From an uncultured bacterium (GTDB lineage: Bacteria; Omnitrophota; Omnitrophia; Omnitrophales; Aquincolibacteriaceae), in NCBI GenBank assembly GCA_964482725.1, contig CAYZYT010000001.1:186061-250060 (forward strand): a stretch of 64,000 nt of DNA. The letters are read 5' to 3'. A program made the translations under genes and the position numbers. This document shows, piece after piece, positions 26,433 through 36,754 of the stretch (positions are counted from its first letter, which is position 1; each line of letters opens with the position of its first letter). Below the pieces are notes generated by a model. The model was not told the origin of the DNA and made no database searches. It saw only the letters and a program-made list of their open reading frames with translations.

Positions 26433-26798
26433 AGAAGAGGGCAAGTGCTGCCAGGCAAATTCTGGCTGAAGGACAGGTTTGTAGTTCGCAGGATAAGGGA
26501 TCGCGAAGGTCACCATCTCGTAGACCCCCACCAAAGCGCGTCCCACCGCATAGATCGAACCGCGGCCTAACCCTGCCACCCAGCTGGGCGGCATCGTGTC
26601 CTTGCGAACTTCTTTGGAAAGCTCGTTGGAGATCTCGATGGGAGAAAGCGCGACATTGAGGAAACCACGCTGTGCCTTGCGCATCATGGTTCCTTCTCCC
26701 TGGATCTCCGCCTCCGGGGCCACTTCCGCGGCGATCAAAGGACAGGCAAAGGCGAGAAGGATAAAAAGCGCCACAAAAGCTCTAAAGGATTTTTGCAT
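26415..26798 (-). CDS. Small secreted protein, possibly of the exosortase-associated TIGR04073-like family.
   Basis: Signal peptide, about 100-aa mature part with RG..N and PYP motifs. The family assignment is from memory only. Confidence 0.45.
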   Translation of the reverse strand: MQKSFRAFVALFILLAFACPLIAAEVAPEAEIQGEGTMMRKAQRGFLNVALSPIEISNELSKEVRKDTMPPSWVAGLGRGSIYAVGRALVGVYEMVTFAIPYPANYKPVLQPEFAWQHLPSSEKSKT

Positions 26799-26849
26799 GG
26801 CCAGTAATTTAGCATCGAACTTTAATAAAAACCAGTCAAATCCATGCTG

Positions 26850-27386
26850 TCATGTTATCTGCTTTGGGGCAGGCCCCAGAGGAACTACGCTGACCCGGAT
26901 GAGTCCATGTTTTGTATCCGCGATCTCACGAAAAGAGGTTTGAGTAAGGTCGACCAGGCGTTTGAGCCTCTTGGCCGGGCCCCGGTCGTTCACCACGCAA
27001 ACAACAGAACGGCCGTTCTTCAAATTGGTGACCCGCACTCGGGTCCCAAGGGGGAAAAGCCAAGAAGCGCAGGTCTTCTTGGAATGATTAAAGATCGCGC
27101 CACTGGCTGTTCGCTTTTTGATACCGCGATCGGAGCGGCTATACCAGGAGGCGGTTCCAAAAAACACGGGTTCGGAGATCGTCGCGGGGAATCTTCCCAT
27201 CGAAACGGAAATACCCGGAAAAACGGACTCCGGGGACACCACGAGATCTTGTGAGAATGACACCGGCTGCGCGTACAGGAATGGGACGACGACAAGCATC
27301 AGAACCACGAAGGATCTTTTTAAACCCAGTTTCACGAGAGGACCCCTTCCCGGTAACCCAACTTCCCTCATTCGAACACATCTCAA
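26850..27386 (-). CDS. rlpA: RlpA-like septal ring lytic transglycosylase (DPBB domain) lipoprotein.
   Basis: Motifs GTASWYS, TASG, LPLGT.VRVTNL.NGRSVV..VNDRGP and a signal peptide. Confidence 0.65.
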   Translation of the reverse strand: MRCVRMREVGLPGRGPLVKLGLKRSFVVLMLVVVPFLYAQPVSFSQDLVVSPESVFPGISVSMGRFPATISEPVFFGTASWYSRSDRGIKKRTASGAIFNHSKKTCASWLFPLGTRVRVTNLKNGRSVVCVVNDRGPAKRLKRLVDLTQTSFREIADTKHGLIRVSVVPLGPAPKQIT

Positions 27387-27586
27387 ACTTTCGAATGTTC
27401 GGGATTGTGGTTTTGCCCGCAGAGCACTCTGCGGGTCCGCCGCACGATGCGGCGAACGTCACCTGATCTCTCAGGTTTTGCCCTTACAAAAAAGCTAACA
27501 TATGTATTTCAGATTGGCAAATGAGAGGGGCTCCATTCTTAAAAACAGAGACTTCCGGAGAAGGGTATGTCCTCAGAGAAAGCGAA

Positions 27587-30163
27587 CTAGCCGAAGTAGC
27601 AGACGACTTTTTGGGAGAGGATGTCAGCGGCGATCTTGAGTTCGTTCTTTTTTACGTCAAAAACCTTAACCACATGTTCGTATTTTTTATATTCCGGGGC
27701 CAGTTTTTTGAGCGTCTTGGGGATCGCATCAAAGAATTTCTGGTCCACCGAAACCCCTGCATCGCCCGGGAAAAGAGCTACATAGAAGATCCCCGTTTCC
27801 ACAAGGTCCTGGAAGAAATGCGTCCCGAACGAGATCTCAGGGGATGCGTTCTCCGTCACAAACGCGATCTCTCCAAGCACGGTAATGTGGTTGATCTCGG
27901 CAAAAGAGACCGGCACCCCCAAAGACGGCGTGGTGGTTCCCCACCGGCCCGGGCCCAAAAGCATGACAGCTGTTTTCTCTTTATTCTCGATCTTGCGATT
28001 GAGTTCTCCCACAGCGCGCGCAATATCATAACGCTCCGATTGTGTCTCCAGCCCGCAATAAGCCTCGGGATCTACGTAGATGATCCTGTCGATCGCCTGC
28101 AAAATGTTCCCGCCCAGAAAATTCCCCTTCGACTGAAAGAGAATTTTGTCCTTGGGGATCGTTTTCGGGATCTTGACGCGCTGCCCCAGTCCCTTGGTCT
28201 GCATCGGCCGGCATTGAAGCAGGTTCACCTGAAATTCCCCGTTCTTTTTAAAATTGACCGTGAATTCGATGTCCACAGGATAGCCATAAGCCGTTTCCAA
28301 TGTTTTCAGGATCTTTTGCATGATCTGGCCAAACTCGGTTTTGGAGACCAGGTTGTCGAAGGTAATGATCCAAGGCTCTTCCTCCGATCCCATCGCCCGC
28401 AACTTTTCCGCAACCTCATGATCTTTGATCGCGAGCAGCTCCAGGGGCATCTCCACCTTTTGTTTCAGTAATTCCCTAAAAGAGATCGTTTGCAGCACAT
28501 TTTCTTTGACGTTCAGGACATCCACATCGTGCTGGGAAAACCTTTGCGTCGCTGCCATCCCCGCATACGCCTTGAGAAGGGGCTCATCGAGCGCTACGAC
28601 CCTCGGATAATCCCCTTCGACACGGTTGACCGCGCGCGTCCCGAGCCCGAGAACGAGACGCAGCATCCCGGCCTTGGGATCCAACCCGTTTTTCCAGACA
28701 AAAACGTTTTGCGAGATCCCGACGCCGGCAGCATCCGGAAAAAAATAATCCTGATGATAAGCGCCGGAGACCCGCTGGACCAAAAGCGCCATTTGTTCGT
28801 CCATCTGATCCAACCCGCGCTGCAGCCGATAGGCCAAGGCATCCGGGTTCATGGTGGAGGCATAGATCCGGCGAACCGCCTCGACGAACTTCGCATACCG
28901 CTCGTCCGGTGTCCCCTGATTGACGAGAAAAACACTTTCATACTTCCCGGCGAAGGCATTCCCGTAACTATCTTCGAGCAAACTGCTGGAGCGGACGATG
29001 ATCGGCGACTGCCCGAAATATTCGATCATCTGAAGGAACTGGTCCTTGATCTCCTCGGGGAAAACGCCCCGGGACAATTCCTCATGGAGTTTCCCCGCCA
29101 CTTCAAAATAACCCTCGGGGGTCCTCTGCGTCATATGGTCTTTCCACAAGCCATTTTCAACGATGTAGGTATAGAACACATCGGAGCCAATGTAGAAAGA
29201 ATCGTGAGGCTCGAAAAGCTTCCCCACCTCCAGAGATTTTTCTTTTAACAAGATGCTCCGGGCGATCAACATCCCCACGGATTTACCGCCGATAAATCCG
29301 GTCCCGATCATCCTCGATTTGATGTTCAATAGATCCTCAAGCGCAAAATTCCCTTTGGCGAGAGCCAGCATTTTTTCATCTCGGGCTAGCACGATCCTGC
29401 ACAACTGGTCCATCATCTGTTCTTTCACTTCACGCGAACCGCTCTTCTGGCCCGCAAGATCCTCCGCCTTCATGAACAGCTGATCCCAATAGTCCAGATT
29501 CCGCTTGGCGCTCTTGGCTCCTTTTTTAAAGATCTCGGAAAAAACCTTGGCCGTGTCGGCGCTATTGGCGATCGGGATGAATTTGTCCTTCTGCCGGACA
29601 TGGGGCAGGAACATCGTCGGAGAATACCGGTTCCAAACTTTCAGGAGATGGATGTAACAATCCCCGTGGTAATAATACACATCGATCAAAAGCTGGGTGG
29701 TATCCCGGATGCGCGCCACGGTCTTGAACGAATGCCGGTTCCTCAAAAGAGCAAAATAGGCGATCGTATTTAATTCATAGAGGTAAGGACAAGTGATCTT
29801 GAAAAAATTTCCGATCATGAGGTCATTGGCCCAGGCGGAGAGCAGGTCGGAGAGGCAATCAAAAACATAAAAAACGCCTTCCCCCTCTTTTTTCGCGATA
29901 CTGTGGATCTCGGCGGAAAAAGGTTCAAAGCCCATATGCGGGTCGAGATGGTAGACCGTGATGTTCTTGTCCGCCTTCAAGAGGGGTTCGTGATTGGCAA
30001 AGCGGATGTAGACGAGTTTTCTTTTTTCCTCGAGGGCTTTTTGGACAAACGGGGTAACGAATTCCACATAATGATGGATCGCGTCGACTTGCCAGACCAC
30101 ATTGTCGCCCAACCGCAATCCTGTGGTTACTTTATCGAGACCCTTCACGCCTGAGCTGATCAA
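27587..30163 (-). CDS. PEP/pyruvate-binding domain protein (pyruvate phosphate dikinase N-terminal-like). It has a KaiC/RecA-like N-terminal region that lacks a Walker A motif.
   Basis: The central region (GTGFIGGKSVGMLIA, IVRSSSLLEDSYGNAFAGKYESV) matches the PPDK_N ATP-grasp-like fold. The N-terminus (GVKGLDKVTTGLRLGDNVVW) resembles KaiC-type domains. Confidence 0.55.
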   Translation of the reverse strand: MISSGVKGLDKVTTGLRLGDNVVWQVDAIHHYVEFVTPFVQKALEEKRKLVYIRFANHEPLLKADKNITVYHLDPHMGFEPFSAEIHSIAKKEGEGVFYVFDCLSDLLSAWANDLMIGNFFKITCPYLYELNTIAYFALLRNRHSFKTVARIRDTTQLLIDVYYYHGDCYIHLLKVWNRYSPTMFLPHVRQKDKFIPIANSADTAKVFSEIFKKGAKSAKRNLDYWDQLFMKAEDLAGQKSGSREVKEQMMDQLCRIVLARDEKMLALAKGNFALEDLLNIKSRMIGTGFIGGKSVGMLIARSILLKEKSLEVGKLFEPHDSFYIGSDVFYTYIVENGLWKDHMTQRTPEGYFEVAGKLHEELSRGVFPEEIKDQFLQMIEYFGQSPIIVRSSSLLEDSYGNAFAGKYESVFLVNQGTPDERYAKFVEAVRRIYASTMNPDALAYRLQRGLDQMDEQMALLVQRVSGAYHQDYFFPDAAGVGISQNVFVWKNGLDPKAGMLRLVLGLGTRAVNRVEGDYPRVVALDEPLLKAYAGMAATQRFSQHDVDVLNVKENVLQTISFRELLKQKVEMPLELLAIKDHEVAEKLRAMGSEEEPWIITFDNLVSKTEFGQIMQKILKTLETAYGYPVDIEFTVNFKKNGEFQVNLLQCRPMQTKGLGQRVKIPKTIPKDKILFQSKGNFLGGNILQAIDRIIYVDPEAYCGLETQSERYDIARAVGELNRKIENKEKTAVMLLGPGRWGTTTPSLGVPVSFAEINHITVLGEIAFVTENASPEISFGTHFFQDLVETGIFYVALFPGDAGVSVDQKFFDAIPKTLKKLAPEYKKYEHVVKVFDVKKNELKIAADILSQKVVCYFG

Positions 30164-30233
30164 AAAAAACTCTCCTTTTTATTCCTTTTAAAATGCGTGT
30201 CTCTGCCGGACCGCGTCCTCAAAGCCGAACCTT

Positions 30234-33200
30234 CTACTTACTCTTCAGGCCTTGATAATCCTGGATCGACCGGACATCCAGTTCATTATCCTTGACGGCC
30301 TGGAGTCCCCGGAGCGCCGCGCGCGCGGCGCTTAGCGTGGTAATACACGGGATACTGAAGGCGACCGCGAGGGACCGGATCTTTCCTTCATCTAGCATCG
30401 GACCTTTCCCGCTCGGCGTATTGATAATGAGGTCCATTTTCTTATTCCGGACCCAATCCCCGATATTCGGGCTCCCTTCCGTGATCTTCAAGATCTCCTG
30501 GACGGGCACCCGGTGATCTTTCAGCACCTGGGTGGTCCCCCGGGTCGACACGACCTTGAACCCGAGGCGATGGAATTCCCTGGCGATTTCGGCAATCTTG
30601 GATTTGTCGGAATCCTTCACGCTGATAAAAACCGTACCCTTCCGCGGGATGCAGCTCATCGCCGCATCCTGGGATTTATAGAAGGCCCTCCCGAAATCCT
30701 TGTCGATCCCCATCACCTCTCCGGTGGATTTCATTTCCGGAGAAAGAATGATATCGACCCCCGGGAACTTCACGAACGGAAAGACGGATTCTTTGACGGC
30801 GACATGTTTCGGAATGATCTCTTCCGTGAATTTCAATTCTTTAAGCGTTTTACCTGCCATAAGCTGGGCGGCAAGTTTCGCCAGCGGGACCCCGATCGTT
30901 TTACTCACGAACGGCACCGTCCGCGATGCGCGGGGGTTCACTTCCAGACAAAAGATCTGGTCCTTCTGGATCGCATATTGAACATTCATAAGCCCCACCA
31001 CGCCGAGTTCCTTCGCGATCTGCTTGGTCTTCTGAACGATCTCTTCCACGATCTCACGCGAAATGGAGAACGGAGGAATGACGGACGCGCTGTCCCCGGA
31101 ATGAATACCGGCTTCCTCGATATGTTCCATGACAGAGCCGACGACCGAGATCTTTCCGTCCGAAATAAGATCGACATCCATTTCGGTCGCATCTTCCAGG
31201 AACTTATCGATCAACACAGGATGGTCGCCACTGGCCTCCACCGCCTGTTTCATGTATTTTTTGAGCGAAGTCTGGTCGTAGGCGATCTCCATAGCGCGTC
31301 CCCCCAATACATAGGACGGCCGGACCACGACCGGGTAACCGATCCGTTTGGCAACCTCGCAGGCCTCCTCGAGACTTTTGGCGATCCCGTTCGCAGGCTG
31401 GGATAAGCGTATTTTCTTTAAAAGTTTTTTGAATTTGTCCCGGTCTTCCGCCCGATCGATCGCCTCCACGGAAGTTCCGAGGATCCGCACACCGTTCGCC
31501 TTTAGCGCCTTGGCAAGATTAAGCGGCGTTTGGCCGCCGAGCTGCAAGATAACCCCCAACGGTTTTTCGTTCTCATAGATATTGAGGACATCTTCCAGCG
31601 TAAGCGGTTCGAAGAAAAGTTTATCCGAGGTGTCATAATCCGTACTCACGGTCTCAGGGTTGGAGTTGACCATGATCGTTTCATAGCCCATTTTCTTGAG
31701 CGCCAGCACCGCGTGGACACAACAATAATCGAATTCGATCCCCTGTCCGATGCGGTTCGGCCCGCCCCCGAGGATCATGATCTTCTTTTTCCGGCTGGGG
31801 TTCGATTCGTCCTCGTCTTCATAAGTCGAATAAAAGTACGGGGTGTACGCCTTGAATTCAGCGGCGCAGGTATCCACCAATTTATAGACCGGTTTAATAC
31901 CCAAAGCCTTACGCTTTTTCCTCACGTCTTTTTCCTGAAGTCCCCAAAAGAAAGCCAGCTGCCGGTCGGAGAATCCATATTGCTTAGCCTTGCGCATGAG
32001 CGCATCCTGCTGCTTCGGTTTTCCCTGCGCTGCAAGCAATTCCCCTTCAAGATCAATGATCTGCTTGAGTTGCGCCAGGAACCACGGATCGACCCCTGTT
32101 TTTTCATAGATCTCCTCGGTGGTGTACCCGGCCAGATAAGCATATTTCAGATAAAAGATCCTGTCTTCCCGTGGGACCTTCGCACACGCAAAGATCTTCT
32201 CACGAAGGGTCTTGTCCAGCGGGACGGTCTTGAGAAATTGAAGATAAGATTCGCGCGTTTTAAGCGTGAGGTCGAAGATCTTATCCTTGCCGTCGCCCCC
32301 GAACCCGAAGCGCTTCGTTTCAAGCGATCGCAAGCCCTTTTGAAACGCCTCCTTGAACGTGCGGCCGATGGACATTACCTCGCCCACGGACTTCATTTGG
32401 GTCGATAAGCGGTCATCCACGCCCTCGAATTTTTCAAAGGCAAAGCGCGGGATCTTGACCACGCAGTAGTCGATCGAAGGTTCGAACGAGGCCGGAGTGT
32501 ATTTGGTAATATCGTTGGGGATCTCATCCAACGTCAACCCGACCGCGAGTTTGGCCGCGAATTTTGCGATCGGAAATCCCGTCGCCTTGGAGGCAAGGGC
32601 TGAAGATCTGGAAACGCGCGGATTCATCTCAATGATGACCATGCGACCCGTTTTGGGGTCAACCGCGAACTGAACGTTCGAACCCCCGGTCTCGATCCCG
32701 ATCTCGGACATGACTTTGCGTGCGGCATCGCGCATCCGCTGGTACTCCCGGTCCGTCAAGGTCTGGGCCGGCGCCACGGTAATGGAATCACCGGTATGAA
32801 CTCCCATCGGATCCAGATTCTCGATCGAACAAATGACCACAAAGTTGTCGTTCGTGTCACGCATCACTTCCAGCTCATACTCTTTCCATCCGACGATCGA
32901 TTCTTCGATCAAGATCTCATGCACACGGCTGTAATCCAGCCCTGTGCGCGCCGTAGTCCGGAGCTCTTCAATATTATGGCAAACTCCGCTCCCGGAACCT
33001 CCCAGCGTAAAACTCGCCCGAACGATCACCGGATAGCCGATCTTTTCGGCCACCTTCTCGGCTTCCTCCAGAGAGTAGGCAAAATCACTTTTAGGGAGAT
33101 CCAGGCCGATCTTTTGCATGGCCCGCTTGAACTCCTCACGATTCTCGGCTTTTTTGATCGCCTCGTATTTCGCGCCGATCATTTCGACATGATGGCGCTG

Positions 33201-33524
33201 GAACACTCCCGCTTCATAGGCCTCGACCGCAAGGTTCAGTCCGGTCTGCCCGCCCATGGTCGGCAGCACCGCGTCGGGTTTTTCTTTGATGATCACTTTT
33301 TCAAGAAATTCCACGGTGAGCGGCTCGATGTAGGTCGCGTCCGCGAGATCCGGGTCGGTCATAATGGTCGCAGGATTTGAATTGATGAGCGCCACCTTGT
33401 AGCCCTCTTCCTTCAAGGCCTTCACGGCTTGAGCGCCCGAATAATCAAACTCGCAGGCCTGACCGATGATGATCGGCCCGGACCCGATGATGAGGATTTT
33501 TTTGATGTCGGTTCTTTTAGGCAT
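30234..33524 (-). CDS. carB: Carbamoyl-phosphate synthase large subunit.
   Basis: Two ATP-grasp halves, an oligomerisation domain and an MGS-like C-terminal domain. Homology along the whole length. Confidence 0.95.
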   Translation of the reverse strand: MPKRTDIKKILIIGSGPIIIGQACEFDYSGAQAVKALKEEGYKVALINSNPATIMTDPDLADATYIEPLTVEFLEKVIIKEKPDAVLPTMGGQTGLNLAVEAYEAGVFQRHHVEMIGAKYEAIKKAENREEFKRAMQKIGLDLPKSDFAYSLEEAEKVAEKIGYPVIVRASFTLGGSGSGVCHNIEELRTTARTGLDYSRVHEILIEESIVGWKEYELEVMRDTNDNFVVICSIENLDPMGVHTGDSITVAPAQTLTDREYQRMRDAARKVMSEIGIETGGSNVQFAVDPKTGRMVIIEMNPRVSRSSALASKATGFPIAKFAAKLAVGLTLDEIPNDITKYTPASFEPSIDYCVVKIPRFAFEKFEGVDDRLSTQMKSVGEVMSIGRTFKEAFQKGLRSLETKRFGFGGDGKDKIFDLTLKTRESYLQFLKTVPLDKTLREKIFACAKVPREDRIFYLKYAYLAGYTTEEIYEKTGVDPWFLAQLKQIIDLEGELLAAQGKPKQQDALMRKAKQYGFSDRQLAFFWGLQEKDVRKKRKALGIKPVYKLVDTCAAEFKAYTPYFYSTYEDEDESNPSRKKKIMILGGGPNRIGQGIEFDYCCVHAVLALKKMGYETIMVNSNPETVSTDYDTSDKLFFEPLTLEDVLNIYENEKPLGVILQLGGQTPLNLAKALKANGVRILGTSVEAIDRAEDRDKFKKLLKKIRLSQPANGIAKSLEEACEVAKRIGYPVVVRPSYVLGGRAMEIAYDQTSLKKYMKQAVEASGDHPVLIDKFLEDATEMDVDLISDGKISVVGSVMEHIEEAGIHSGDSASVIPPFSISREIVEEIVQKTKQIAKELGVVGLMNVQYAIQKDQIFCLEVNPRASRTVPFVSKTIGVPLAKLAAQLMAGKTLKELKFTEEIIPKHVAVKESVFPFVKFPGVDIILSPEMKSTGEVMGIDKDFGRAFYKSQDAAMSCIPRKGTVFISVKDSDKSKIAEIAREFHRLGFKVVSTRGTTQVLKDHRVPVQEILKITEGSPNIGDWVRNKKMDLIINTPSGKGPMLDEGKIRSLAVAFSIPCITTLSAARAALRGLQAVKDNELDVRSIQDYQGLKSK

Positions 33525-33537
33525 AATTAAATTTTTC

Positions 33538-33602
33538 CCGTCATTCTGAGGGCAAAGCCCGAAGAATCTCGTGTAAGATCCTTCGCTACGCTCAGGATGA
33601 CG
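33538..33602. repeat. Family F1 element, copy 4 (CCGTCATTCTGAGGGCAAAGCCCGAAGAATCTC ... GATCCTTCGCTACGCTCAGGATGACG), between carA and carB.
   Basis: The two halves are inverted copies of the unit CGTCATYCTGAG..AGCGAAGRATC. Confidence 0.55.
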
Positions 33603-33605
33603 CTG

Positions 33606-34724
33606 TTAAACATTTTTTTCGATCAGGTCATAAAAACGGGTAAAGAGATAGTCGCTGTCATGCGGCCCCGGAGCATTCTCGGGGTGATATTGCACGCTGA
33701 AGAGCGGGTGTTTCTTGTGCTGCAGCCCCTCAAGTGTTTTATCATTCAAATTGATATGGGTGATCTCGACCTCGCCCTTGGGAAGCGTATCGACATTCAC
33801 CACAAAGTTATGGTTCTGGGAGGTGATCTCGATCTTCCGCGTCTTGAGGTCCATGACCGGCTGGTTATTGCCATGATGCCCGAACTTGAGCTTCGAGGTC
33901 TTCCCGCCGAGCGCCTGCCCGATCATCTGATGCCCGAGGCAGATCCCGAACATGGGCTTTTTCCCGATAAGTTTGCGGACCGTTTCAACCAGATACTTCA
34001 CCACCGAAGGATCGCCGGGACCGTTCGAGAGAAAGATCCCGTCCGGCTGGTAGGCCAGAATCTCGTCGGCCATCGCGGTCGCGGGAACGACTTGAACATG
34101 AAAGCCGTGCTGGTTGAGTTTCCGGAGGATATTCCATTTCGTTCCGCTATCCACAGCCACGACCTTGAATCTTCTCTTTTTTTGTTCACCCCAGGCGAAT
34201 TCTGCGGGCATGACCTCGTCGAACACAAAAGGTTTCTGGCACATCACCTCTTTGACAAGATCGACGCCTTCGATACCGGGAGATCTTTTGGCTTTCTGGA
34301 TGAGTTTTTTGGGATCCAGTTCCTGCGTGGAGATAACCGCTTTCTTCGCGCCGACGGTCCTGAGGTGCTTCACAAGCTTGCGGGTGTCGATCCCTTGGAT
34401 ACCGAGGATATTGTATTTTTTGAGGTATTGGTCGAGCGTCATCTCGGAGCGATAATTACTCACGATCGGGCTCAATTCCTTGATGATAAACCCTTCGACC
34501 CACGGCCGGGAGGACTCTCCATCCGCCGCATTGATGCCATAATTGCCGATATGCGGGTAGGTCATGCAGACCATCTGACCTTTATAGGAAGGATCGGTCA
34601 GGATCTCTTGATAGCCGCTCAAGCCGGTATTAAAAACCACTTCCCCGAAAGTTTCGCCCTCGGCGCCGAAACCTTCGCCTTCAAACCACACACCATCCTC
34701 GAGCGCTAGTATTGCTTTCTTCAT
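33606..34724 (-). CDS. carA: Carbamoyl-phosphate synthase small (glutaminase) subunit.
   Basis: CarA N-terminal domain plus a class-I glutamine amidotransferase domain (GICLGHQ). Start at MKKAILALEDG. Confidence 0.9.
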   Translation of the reverse strand: MKKAILALEDGVWFEGEGFGAEGETFGEVVFNTGLSGYQEILTDPSYKGQMVCMTYPHIGNYGINAADGESSRPWVEGFIIKELSPIVSNYRSEMTLDQYLKKYNILGIQGIDTRKLVKHLRTVGAKKAVISTQELDPKKLIQKAKRSPGIEGVDLVKEVMCQKPFVFDEVMPAEFAWGEQKKRRFKVVAVDSGTKWNILRKLNQHGFHVQVVPATAMADEILAYQPDGIFLSNGPGDPSVVKYLVETVRKLIGKKPMFGICLGHQMIGQALGGKTSKLKFGHHGNNQPVMDLKTRKIEITSQNHNFVVNVDTLPKGEVEITHINLNDKTLEGLQHKKHPLFSVQYHPENAPGPHDSDYLFTRFYDLIEKNV

Positions 34725-35018
34725 GGTATTTACCTGGGGTAAGTGCATCCGTGGGCTTCCGTACGTACTATCAGAAGGCCTTCATTTCGGCGCATAGAAT
34801 ACTTCAGGTTCTCATAACTGTCCAGCGCGGCGGATCCTCCGAAAAATTATGAAATCCCGTTCGCTGGGTGTTGAAAAGTCCCGGCCCTGCCCCAGCCTTC
34901 CCGAGAGCTAATGGGTTGGCTGGAACAATCACCAGGGGAGGTGATCTTGGGCCGGGATGAAATTTATTAAACTGGAACAGATCTGCTTTGCTTTCCAAGA
35001 CCTGTCCCTCAGGGTCTC

Positions 35019-36350
35019 CTAGAATAGATAGCTTAACTGCCCGCCTAGCGTGTTTTGCTGATTTTTTCCTCCAAACACATTTCCATCGCCGGCATGGGCA
35101 TAATCGATCCGATATTCCGCTCGGGCGATCACGTTCTCCCACGGCTTATACTCAAGCGTCAGGGTATTGGCAACGTCCCTGGCAGCTCCCGCGGTGCCAG
35201 CTCCGGTCCAATTCCGGTAACGCTCGCTATCATCGAAATATTCGAAACGGTAAGCCGCCGCGATCTTCTCGGTGAATTGGTACCGCGCATAGGCCGCATA
35301 ATCGAACCACTGCGCCGTTTGGAAATTGTCGTCCATCGCAATATCCACGCGCGGTTGATTCCCGATATCGAATTCTCCGGCGAAAGCGAGCTTCGGGGTC
35401 GCGTTCCAGCTGAGAACGTTTGTGGCCAAAAAGCGCTTCCCGCCACTTGCAGCGTTGTTCTCAGGCCCAAAATAGGTCGCCGTGGTCCATTTGACGTCCT
35501 TGAGCGGGCTGAAGCTGAACGCGTTTTCAAACGTCTTGTACGAGTTGTTGTCGATATCGTTATCCCAACCGTTATTGATACCTTGATAGAGGGTCAGGTA
35601 ATCGTTAAACAGAGCATACGTCGCCCGAACCCCGGTATGCGTAAAAGGGATCGCATAACCGAACGACACCGAACGGCTGATATTCCAGTTGAACGGACCC
35701 TCGATCACTTCATTTCCCGCCAAAGTGACCATCCGACCGGCTTTGATATCTACGGTGTGCGGCAGAACATCGTTATTGGCCCAAAAACCAAGCGGCGCGA
35801 TGATTTGGACATAGGCCTGCTCGACGGCAAAAGGTGAGTTGCCGCTGCTCCCACCATTCGGTGTCCCGAGATTATCCTTCTGGAAATTATTAAAGTAATA
35901 GCGAGCGTCGCTCCCCATCATCATATCAATGCGGAATCCGGCGCCGCCTTCAGGGTTCGCGACTTTCTCGAACCAGAGCTTGGCCGCATTCATGGAAAAA
36001 GTGTCAGCGGCCTTATCCGTAAGCGAACGCCCCACATTTCCATTTTGCTGCGGCGCCCCAACCTTATTTTGGAATTGGGTTTCCACATAACCGCCCATAT
36101 GGATATCCTCCATGGCCCGGAGAAAACCTTTCTTCTCATCGGCCACCGGCGGGATATAAGTCGTCTGGGCGCCCGGCGCTGGCTTTTCCAGGGTCATCAT
36201 TTTGCTGTCCATGACCTCCAGTTTCCGGCTCAGCGCATCGATCTGCGCTTTGAGCGCCGCAACCTCACTGTCCTCGGCGAAGCCAAGCGCAGACCCCATA
36301 CACATCCCGATCAAGCAAAACCCTGAAAAACCACGGAATAGCCTGTTCAT
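35019..36350 (-). CDS. Outer-membrane beta-barrel porin with an N-terminal coiled-coil segment (OprO/P-like or DcaP-like). It ends in ...LSYLF.
   Basis: Signal peptide. Coiled coil DSEVAALKAQIDALSRKLEVMD. Alternating amphipathic strands. C-terminal Phe. Start MNRLF with AGGAG upstream. It lies 41 bp downstream of glnK in the same orientation. Confidence 0.6.
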   Translation of the reverse strand: MNRLFRGFSGFCLIGMCMGSALGFAEDSEVAALKAQIDALSRKLEVMDSKMMTLEKPAPGAQTTYIPPVADEKKGFLRAMEDIHMGGYVETQFQNKVGAPQQNGNVGRSLTDKAADTFSMNAAKLWFEKVANPEGGAGFRIDMMMGSDARYYFNNFQKDNLGTPNGGSSGNSPFAVEQAYVQIIAPLGFWANNDVLPHTVDIKAGRMVTLAGNEVIEGPFNWNISRSVSFGYAIPFTHTGVRATYALFNDYLTLYQGINNGWDNDIDNNSYKTFENAFSFSPLKDVKWTTATYFGPENNAASGGKRFLATNVLSWNATPKLAFAGEFDIGNQPRVDIAMDDNFQTAQWFDYAAYARYQFTEKIAAAYRFEYFDDSERYRNWTGAGTAGAARDVANTLTLEYKPWENVIARAEYRIDYAHAGDGNVFGGKNQQNTLGGQLSYLF

Positions 36351-36391
36351 AAGCTTCTCCTTTTCTGTGCTCGTATTGAAATCGACCGGGA

Positions 36392-36733
36392 TCACCCGAT
36401 CGCCACTTCGCCTACTTCGCCAGTACGAATGCGAAAACACTCTTTGAGATCGAGAACAAAGATCTTGCCGTCCCCGATATGCCCCGTCCGCGAGCCTTCC
36501 TTGATCGCATCCACCGTCGCTTTCACGAAGGCTTCATTGACCGCGATCTCAAGTTTCACTTTTCGGAGGAGCCTTCCTGCTTCTTTATGGCCCCGGTAGA
36601 CCTCCGAAATGCCCTTCTGACGCCCGCGCCCCAAAACACTTGTGACCGTCACGAGATGGATCTCTTTTTCTTCAAGGATCCGAAGCACTTCATCCACCCG
36701 GTCCGGTTGGATCACTGCAATGATATATTTCAT
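36392..36733 (-). CDS. glnK: Nitrogen regulatory protein P-II.
   Basis: P-II fold motifs (GRGRQKG T-loop region, DGKIFV, IRTGE). Directly downstream of amtB. Confidence 0.85.
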   Translation of the reverse strand: MKYIIAVIQPDRVDEVLRILEEKEIHLVTVTSVLGRGRQKGISEVYRGHKEAGRLLRKVKLEIAVNEAFVKATVDAIKEGSRTGHIGDGKIFVLDLKECFRIRTGEVGEVAIG

Positions 36734-36754
36734 GATACGCCTCCCTTTTTCTCG

